Below are positions 38,420-47,369 of a stretch of 52,586 nt of DNA, one piece after another (positions within the stretch are counted from its first letter, which is position 1; each line of letters starts with the position of its first letter). Source of the stretch: Chromera velia (lineage: Eukaryota); NCBI GenBank assembly GCA_018398765.1, contig JAHBMJ010000246.1, positions 1-52,586 on the forward strand. Direction: 5' to 3'. The notes below the pieces were generated by a model. It made no database searches, had not been told where the DNA came from, and saw only the letters and a program-made list of their open reading frames with translations. A program made the translations under genes and the position numbers.

Positions 38420-39079
38420 NTGTGTGTGTGTGTTTGTGTGTTTGTGTGTGAGAGAGAGAGAGAAAGAAAGAAGAGGGGGGGCGGGAGGGGGGGGGGAGAC
38501 AAAAAGAAACTTCTTGAGCGAGCGTGCGTGAAGTGTTAGCCAAAGATGCACATTTTCATGCGTTCCAAATGATGCCTCTGCGCACGGCGAGCAAACCAGA
38601 CTATCCTGATAGACTTGTCTTATCTTTCCTGCACGCTTCTGCAGGAGGAGTTTTCCCAGAGAAGAAGCAAGCAAAACAGCCACGAGGTCATGATGGTCAG
38701 GGATTTGTTGGAGAAGAACAAAGCAGCGTGGAGGTCGAAGTCCAAGATGGTGATCACCTTCTACAGAGGCCAGCACTTTCAGTTGGAGAAGAGCTTGAGA
38801 GACTTGGTGAAGCAGTCTCGAGGAGGAGACGCTGCAGAAGGAGAGCTCAGAGTCGTGACCGTGGACTCATCTCAGGGTGCCGAGGCTGATGTCGTGATTC
38901 TCTCCTGCGTTCGGTCGAACAAGAAGGGGAAGATCGGGTTCCTCTCCAACCCCCACCGTCTCTGTGTGGCGGACTCACGGGCCAAGGAGCGGCTTCTCAT
39001 TGTTGGAGACGCCGAGACGGTCTGCAACAAGGATGAGATCTTCTCCCGCCTCAGAGAAGCAGCTCATGTGGTCGAATGA
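34628..39079 (+). pseudogene. Upf1/DNA2/NAM7-like superfamily-1 helicase gene with an apparent 1-nt frameshift; exons ~34628-35297, 35557-35900, 36383-36744, 36985-37092, 37444-37505, 37985-38234, 38645-39079
   Basis: Motifs in order: LNSTQKEAV, QGPPRTGKS, QNKAID, VLCTIGSA, VMDEAG, IGDQQQLQP, LTRQYRMHPKI, VITFYRGQ, TVDSSQGAEADVVILSCVRS, RLCVADSRA. Splice phases fit except for a frame change near 36587. Confidence 0.85.
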
Positions 39080-41982
39080 ATAGGCCCACGGAGGATGGGG
39101 GGAGAGAAAGACAGGGGGGGGGCGAGGAGAGAAAGCAGAAAGAGGAAGGGCAAAGAAGACAGGCAGCGGGGAGGAGGAGAGGTTTAGATGGAGAAGAGAG
39201 AAAGACCGTATTAATTCATCGAGTGATTGAGTTGTTTTTTGCATAGGCGCTTCACTAGAATCCTTTTTTGATGCTTTCTCCTTGTCATAGGATCACATAC
39301 ATTGAAGTGTCCGCAGTCTATCAGAAGTGGGCTGCGAACATGAACAGGCGGAAAGGTTTGGTGGTGCCCTTCTGTACGCAGAGAGCTTCTTTGTGTTTGT
39401 TTTGTCGATGCAGAGAATGTGAAGCGAGGCGATCTCCTCTTCATTTGAACGCAATGCTAAGAGAGGCGTTCATTGAAGGAGGATGATCGCCTTGCGGACA
39501 ATCAAATTTTGGTCGAACTGGGTTGTTGATAAGTACATTTTGACCAGCCCGAGATGTGGAAAGGAAAGGAGTGAGTGACTGCGCTGAGACTAGCAGACAT
39601 GGAATGATGAGAGGAAACGACACTGCAGTATAGGCAGAAGAAGATCGGATGTTTGATTCATGCACCCCTCCTTTCATCCTACAGATAGAACAGCATTGTG
39701 TCTGACCTTCCAGAAGACAGCAGGGCTGAACTTTGTGTTCAGCCTGATTCTTAGCGTACGTGTGCCTGTAGGTTTATCCCTACACCGATTTTGAAGAGCT
39801 TCAATGATGTTGCACATCTTTTTGTGTTCTCTAAACTCTTCACGACATCTGTCTGCATGTATGCCATTGCGATTATGCTCGTTTGCTGTTGAAGCCGCAG
39901 AGAGAGAAATCGAGAACAGTGTCCGAGCGGAGTAGCTAGTTCCAAATTTTCTTAGAGGAGGGCAAAAAGACGGAAAAGGGGGTAAGAAGGACAACAGTCG
40001 AGAGAAGAAGCCCTGTTACTAAATGTGTATACCAATTGTTATAAAAGCTGTAGGAAAATGTGTAAAACCTTGAAAAATGTATTTAATAGTTTTAATTTTC
40101 ATTTGAAAACTGGGAACTCTTCGAAACGAAAATAAACGAGACCCAAGTTCGCCGCCTATAACTATTATTAACTACATGTATTAAACTGCATACTATAACT
40201 ATACATACAAACTGTTTATTCAGTATTTAATATTGTATAGCTGTGTATCGTTTTCGTTCATTTAAAATAAATGATAAAAATCACTAAAACTCTGAACGCA
40301 GTGAACGATAACAATCATAAGATATAGATTCAAATTGAATTAAATTTTTAAAACGGTTCCATTGTTTTCAAAAGCATTGTTTCATTTATCATAATTATTG
40401 TATGAATAGCCTAATAACAATTTAGGACTTCAGGGCTATATGCAAAGTACTAAACTTATCTTAAGTTTAATGAAAAAAACATGCAAGGATCGATGAAATA
40501 GCTTGGATAAAATTCTTTTAATTTTGAAGACTAGGTTGAGCATTAACACGGTTTTCGTTCTAATTTGAGATACAATTTCATGAAGAATCAAGAAAAAACA
40601 AAACCTTATTTTACTAAAAAAACTAGCCAACAGTATGACCCTAGCTAGAAGCTGCAGCCTTGAGGGCGTAACAGTTGTACACTCATATCTCTTCCCTTTA
40701 TTCTACATACTTGTATATAGAAGTCTGCTAGGAAGTTAGAAGTCCGTTGGGACGACAATCGTATATCTTCTTCCATCCTTGCTCATGAAACTCTTTCTCA
40801 CTCATGACAGCATGCAGCACGCAGTAGCCTGCATATTGTATGCCATAACTTATGCACCCGCGGCCCCACCTGCGTATGTACCACGCCGGCGCCCGACGCA
40901 AGCCCTGCCATGCCTTGCCGATCTAATTGAACACATTGGACTCAGAGATGCCCGAATAGAACAAATCAGTCTGAATCCGTCTGCTGATTGAGTGGAAAAG
41001 TCTATGAACAAACCTCTTGCATACTCCTACGAATGAGTAGAATGGACCCGTGAATGCTGCTTCACTGTGGTCTATATCATAGTAGCAGATGTGGTTTGAT
41101 CCGCTTCTTGCTATGCAGTGGTAGAGGACTCTTCTTCGTTTGATCATGTGGTGCACTCTCGGCATCTACACAATAGAGTCGACGTCATCCTCCCCGGCCT
41201 CGCTACGACCTCTCCTCACTGGTCAGCTAACCAGTGTCTGTTGCCTCACTTAACAAAATTCTTACTCCAGGCAAAGTCTATCCGAAAATCTGCTCGCACA
41301 ACAGCACTGAGACCATCGTCTCTGGTTGCTCTTCTTCATTTTCCTTGTTGCTTGTTTTGCAAGACCCTGAGGAGGTCACCCTGAATGCTTGCTCTGACCC
41401 CTCCAGCATCTCCACTGTCTTGAACGGTCTCCCTGCAGATGTCTGCGTAGCTGTGGAGAATGCTTTGGCAGCTTTACGTGCCGCACAGAATTCTGCACTC
41501 CTCTCTTTTGCCTTTCATGGATTCTTTACGATCCTGGACAGTGGAGCCAGCCACACCTACTGCACTCGTGGGTGGCTGCGCAAGTAGAAAGAGGAGGATG
41601 GGCTCACATGGATCGAGCTCCGCTTGCCCCGGCCTTCCACCTCCTTGACTGCCAACGGTCAGGTGCCTGTAGAGCTAAAGGCCATTATCCCATGTTGCTA
41701 TATACTAGTCGAGACATCCGAGAAAATGAAATTCAAAGAAAGAGATTAAAGAAAGAAAAATGATAGAAAAAGTATGAGAAAGTGATGTCAAAAGTATTAG
41801 AAATTTAAATAAAATGAAAAAGTATTGGAAAATGATAGAAAATAATATGAAAAGGTGCAAAGAATTTAACATTTTACTTAGACCAAGAAACAAGACTGAA
41901 CGATTGAAAATAAAGATAAAAAGAAGTAAAAAGATAAGGAAAGACAAGAACCAGGCAAACACGATCCTTTAGTCAGGACCCA

Positions 41983-42054
41983 GCCTCTTTGGCCTAGTGG
42001 TTAGGATGAGCGGCTTGGACCGAGAGGTCCTAGGTTCGAGTCCCACCATCGGCA
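41983..42054 (+). ncRNA. tRNA-derived sequence (Pol III type-2 promoter) within the 5' LTR; not a canonical tRNA
   Basis: A box TGGCCTAGTGG at 41990-42000 and B box GGTTCGAGTCC at 42033-42043, with tRNA-like spacing; the acceptor stem pairs only over GCC/GGC. Confidence 0.8.
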
Positions 42055-43050
42055 GAATTCCAAAATCTATGTATCCGAATAAAGCGCCGTCTAAAATCAA
42101 TAGAACCGAATAAAACCCGGTCTGAAATCGAAAGAAGAAAGAAGCGCGATCAGAAATCGAGACGTCGAATAGTGCGCAGTTTAAATTTAAATAACTGTCA
42201 GGCCGAAAACCGAATAGTGTGCGGTCTGGATTTGAAATACCCGAATACCGTACGGTGCATGCTCAGAATACCCGATTTTACCTGGTCGAATTCCGTGCGG
42301 TTTAAATTTAAATTTAAGTGTAACGATTATTTGGTTCTGAGGTCGAATAATCGCCTGGTCTGAATGGACTGTCGCATTTGCAAAATCGGATCACGCAAGA
42401 AAAATTAAAATCTAGATTTCCCTAAGAGGACCTCCGAGGTCGTCGGTCATTTCGAGAGGTCCGACACCGTCAGAATTGCCTCTCTGAAGTCAACTTCCAA
42501 ATCTGAGCAAAAACACGAAGATCTGCAGTCGATACTGACGTAAAATCGATTGATTACTGATAGATCCTAGCGCCATAGATTGAACTTTCTTGAACCAAAC
42601 CTCTAACTCTTCAGACACTTAAAACTATCTTGGAGCCTCACTGGAGTCAACCTTGCGCCACTTCCCTTTATCTATTCTAAGGGCTTTTAGTAGCTCTTAA
42701 CACGTGGTGACGCCTATGTGTTTGTAATTTGGGCGTGGAACCCCAAATTTAAAAGAGAGACGCATGCTATATGCTAGTCTAGACATATAAGAAAATAAAG
42801 TTCAAAGAAAGAGATTAAAGAAAGAAAAATGATAGAAAAAGTATGAGAAAGTGATGTCAAAAGTATTAGAAATTTAAATAAAATGAAAAAGTATTGGAAA
42901 ATGATAGAAAATAATATGAAAGGTACAAAGAATTTAACATTTTACTTAGACTAAGAGACAAGACTGAACGATTGAAAATAAAGATAAAAAGAAGTAAAAA
43001 GATAAGGAAAGACAAGAACCAGGCAAACACGATCCTTTAGTCAGGACCCA

Positions 43051-43122
43051 GCCTCCTTGGCCTAGTGGTTAGGATGAGAGTCTCGGACCGAGAGGTCCTA
43101 GGTTCGAGTCCCACCATCGGCA
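43051..43122 (+). ncRNA. tRNA-derived sequence (Pol III type-2 promoter) within the 3' LTR
   Basis: A box 43058-43068 and B box 43101-43111 are identical to the first copy; the central anticodon-equivalent region differs. Confidence 0.8.
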
Positions 43123-46100
43123 GAATTCCAAAATCTATGTATCCGAATAAAGCGCCGTCTAAAATCAATAGAACCGAATAAAACCCGGTCTGAAATCGAA
43201 AGAAGAAAGAAGCGCGATCAGAAATCGAGATGTCGAATAGTGCGTGGTCTGAATTCGAATAACTGTCAGACCGAAAACCGAATAGTGCGCGGTCTGGATT
43301 TGAAATACCCGAATACCGTACGGTGCATACTCAGAATACCCGATTTTACCTGGTCGAATTCTGTACGGTTTAAATTCGAATTTAAGTGTAATGATTATTC
43401 GGTTCTGAGGTCGAATAATCGCCCAGTCTGAATGGACTGTCGTATTTGCAAAATCGGATCACGCAAGAAAAATTAAAATCTAGATTTCCCTAAGAGGATC
43501 TCCGAGGTCGTCGGTCATCTCCAGAGAGCCGACACCGTCAGAATTACCTCTCTGAAGTCAACTTCCAAATCTGAGCAAAAACACGAAGATCTGCAGTGAC
43601 GGTCAATACTGACGTGAAATCGATTGATTACTGATAGATCCTAGCGCCATAGATTAAACTTTCTTGAACCAAACCTCTGACTTTTCAGACACTTAAGACT
43701 ATCTTGGAGCTTCACTGGAGTCAACCTTGCACCACTTCCCTTTGTCTATTCTAAAGGCTTCCAGTAGCTTTTAACAATGTCGAAGCCCCTCCGGTGATCT
43801 CTCTCTCGAGGCAGACATCCTGGAAATCAACGCGATCACTCCGGTCTTGATCGGAAATGCGGCATTGATTCCCCTTAAAGCGTTATTTAAGTATGCCACA
43901 AGCATTCTTTCCGTTCCCTATCGCCCCTCTCTGTACTTTCAACGCTTCTCAAACGACTTGTTCTTCTTTGCGTTGTCTTAGCCCCCAGAGCTTTGCACGA
44001 ATGACACCGTCTCTACCTCTAAACCTACAGAGCCCCGTACCCTTATCATGGCGTCTTTACATTCAGTGCCAACTTCATCCTCTGTTGTGCCCTCAGAGGA
44101 CAATGGACGCTACACACCTCTTCGCTGCCCATCCGACTCGAGTCATACTAAACCGAATGTAGACCTGCCCCAGCCGCAGACTGCTGGGCCCTCTTCGACT
44201 GCTCAGTCGGTCGTCTCCAGCCAACTACCCTTGACGATGGTCATGAGCCCCTATCTCCTTACCGGACCAGGTCAGCCGTGCTCATGCTGTCATACAGCTT
44301 CTACAACTGAAGCTATAGCGTGCCCCGCGTTGTACATCAAGGGTCTGCCTGCTGAAAAGAAGAAGCGAAAGCGCCGTCTGTGCAAGCGCCGCCCTTAAAA
44401 GGGTAGCCGCTCCCCTCCAGCTGCTGAGTTGGAGACCATCAGTTTTGAGATGGTCGATAAATTGATTTGTGCACACCATGTTGAGATTAGGCATGCAAAC
44501 GTCACAAAAACCTGGATTTCCCTCCGTCGGGCATTGAAAAGGCACCCCAAAGCCCCTTTTTACGGTATTTCATGATGAGCTGTGCAGCGTGCCCTTCAGC
44601 CATGCATCAAGGGGGGGACTTGCGTACACGTGAAACCTCGCAATGTTTCTGATGGTTGCACATCTCCCTTGAAGGTCACAGGTCCCAGGCAATGCCTGCA
44701 AGCTGACCTAGTGTACGGAAGGGCCGACCGCCCTAACGCATGCTATTACCTCACTCTGAAAGACGAGTGGAAAGACGACCCGCACTATATTGCTGTGCCA
44801 GACAGGTGTGCCGCCACCCTTCGTGAAGCCTACAAGGGGTGGGTAGTGACCTCAGTGGGGTACTATCCCAATGAGGTCATCACGGATTTAGGAAAGGAAT
44901 TTTAGAGGGACTGGGCAGACTTCTTATCTCAGATAGAAGTCGGGCACACGCTTGTCCCCGTCGGTTGGCACCGGACCCTCAGGCACCTCGAGCGTGCTCA
45001 CTGGGAGGTCGATATAATTCTGCGGGCGATTATCCACGACAATGGACTGCCCATTGATTCATGGCCTAACGTGGTTCAATTGGCTATCGAACACTACAAC
45101 CGCTATCCAGGTCGAGGGGACATTTCTCCTGCAGAACGTTGACATGGTGAGCCTATTGTTTTCCTGAGAATTCAGGCAATGCTTGACCTCCTTTCAGCAG
45201 AAGAGTTAAAGAATGACCCTTCTTTACACACTTTTTCTGCAGGGGATCGGGTGTTGTTCAATCATCCAGAAAAGCAGAGGGACAAGAGAGAGGATTTGTG
45301 GGAAGATGCAATCATCAAACAGAGATACGGGGGGCATGTATACACCATTCAGCTGTTTCGCATCCAGCACTCTATGCTTGCACACATTCGGTGTCTTCGT
45401 CCCTCCTCAAAGACCTCCCCCCCCGCCTCCTGTTCTTCCCTGCCGCACCCTTTGAATCTGCCATACCCTCCCTCCAGCTCTCCTTCAGATAGTCAGCCCT
45501 CCCCGCCTTTACTACCCCATGCTTCATCTGCTATCCCTTCGGCACTGTCTGAGCCCACCCTCGGTGAGTTGCCTTCTATTCACGATTTTCATCAGGGAGA
45601 GATGATCATCTGGGAGGTCCCCAAGACGCAGAGGCGCTTCTTGGGGAAGGTGGTTGGGATTGACAAGAAGACAGAACTCTTTGAAGTCCATACATGGGGC
45701 TCTCTCAGGCACGGTGCCCTGAGGAACCGCACGTTTGCTCCCATGTGGCGCCGTCCCACAGGGCACCGTGTCCAATACCAGTACCAGCAGCCCCCTTCCC
45801 ACAACCCCAACATCTGTATCATTGCCTTAGATGAGATTTGAGAGCGTCGCATCTCCCTTTCCCCTGAGGGCCGACTCCCCTATTCTACTGTCTCTATGCA
45901 TGCCTCCGCATTCTTTGTCGCCCGCACTCCCGCCCCCGACTCCCTCTGGAGCATCCCAATCCTTGCCGAACTTGCTGCCCTCTCCATAACCACTCAGTCT
46001 GCTGAATCGGAGTACCGCCCCTCTCCTGACCCCTCCGTTTGCCCTGCTGCCTTTGCTACCTTTGCGACCGCTTCCGATCCTTGCAGCAATGCCATTACAC

Positions 46101-46396
46101 ATATCCCGGTCCGCATTCATGACTTGAAGGACCCTGAGGAATAGGCATAACACCAAGCACAGAAAGAGAAGAAGTTAGGGAAGTTTGAGACTTATGGTGT
46201 GAAGGAAAGCATTTCAATCGATACAGTTCCTCCCTGAGCCCGTCACACCGCCATCTCCTTGATCTAAAGGGACATATTGAAGCACATGTCAGAACATAAG
46301 CGCATTTTCAAGTCCCGTCTCTGTGCTAACGGCTCCCCCCGCTTCGACTGCCGGTCGGACATTCCCGTTTCCAACTATGAATGTGATGGTTGGCTA

Positions 46397-47369
46397 GGGG
46401 GCCACACTGTGGGTATACCTAAACTTCACCCCTAACTTTTCCTACATCCTTTTATACTATATATTATATCCCAAGTTATAAGGTTAAAACTAGCAGATAA
46501 AATACTTTCTGAAGTGTTATGTTGGGCTATTTTCAAGCTCTAGTTCAACTTCAGTCTTAAAAAATGTCAGTCTAAAGTCGTGTCGCCAGGTTCTGTTGGG
46601 CTTGTTACCTGTTGGGCTCTGTTGGGCCTTTCATCAGCTGCATAACAGGTCATGAAGCCCAACAGTGCCCAACAGAGCCCAACAAGGTCCTTTCCCTTCC
46701 TTACAAGCTTGTCTTACACGCCAGGTCCACATATCAAAGCATATGAATACAACAGACACCATTCAAGACATTCAGCGCTGCACATTGGTGCAGTATGAGC
46801 CTGAAACTCTTCGTAAAACGGTCACAATATACCAAAGAAAATTGAGACAAACCTGCACACATAATATTATTCAGAGAAGGGACTGTTTGAAAGAAAATAG
46901 ATATGGGTTGAGAGGGAAGAGGCGGCTGGTGCTGCTGCTTCCGGGTCCTCTCTGGTGATCTGGGCTGACTGCTAGAACACCAACAGTGTTTTATATTGTT
47001 CTAGTATTCTTCTAGCTCATTTTCATCATCATGATTGTACGTGTTATGCATGTTGGGAATGTTTGTTGGGCTGTTGGGCTGTGTTAGGCTTTCTTGTTGG
47101 GCGTGTTGGGCGCCCAACAGCTTCCTGGCAAGGTGAAGCCTAACAGTACAACAAGCCCAACAGCCCAACAAAACCTGGCGACACGAAGGTTTTTATAAAA
47201 ATGAATGTATGTTTCTAGCCCAATATAAAAACTAATGTTACTGTCATGTTTTTTATAATTTATAGTTTTTGGTTTTTTATGAAACTTCTTGCATAACATT
47301 CCTAGATTTTTGTCTGTTTTTCTTTAAAGTCAGGGGTCATGATCTACTTATATATAGAGTGCGGCCCCC
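46397..47369. mobile_element. Non-autonomous DNA transposon with GGGGGCCRCACT TIRs inserted at a (C)TA(G) site
   Basis: ctagggggccacactgt at 46394 versus reverse complement ctagggggccgcactct ending at 47372; TSD is either TA or CTAG. Confidence 0.8.
46579..47185. mobile_element. Nested MITE-like element with 24-bp TIRs and multiple subterminal TGTTGGGC/GCCCAACA motifs
   Basis: cgtgtcgccaggttctgttgggct versus agcccaacaaaacctggcgacacg (1 mismatch); flanks AAAGT/AAGGT. Confidence 0.75.

Larger units (their letters stand above)
41696..43776 (+). mobile_element. Non-coding LTR element (TRIM-like) with ~1-kb LTRs (41696-42702, 42765-43776), 62-bp interior and 4-bp TSD ATGT
   Basis: TG...CA direct repeats; ATGT at 41692-41695 and 43777-43780; PBS-like TGGTGACGCC 2 nt after the first LTR; purine tract AAAAGAGAGA before the second. 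Removing it restores the host protease frame (TANGQVPVELKAIIPC|RSPSGDL...PVLIG). Confidence 0.92.

Noticed and set aside
41983..43122. Two functional tRNA genes
   Set aside because: The acceptor and anticodon stems do not pair properly, the anticodon region differs between copies, and both lie inside LTRs
41696..43776. Simple tandem duplication or assembly collapse error
   Set aside because: The copies are diverged, end in TG..CA, are separated by PBS/PPT sequence and are flanked by a TSD whose removal restores the host frame
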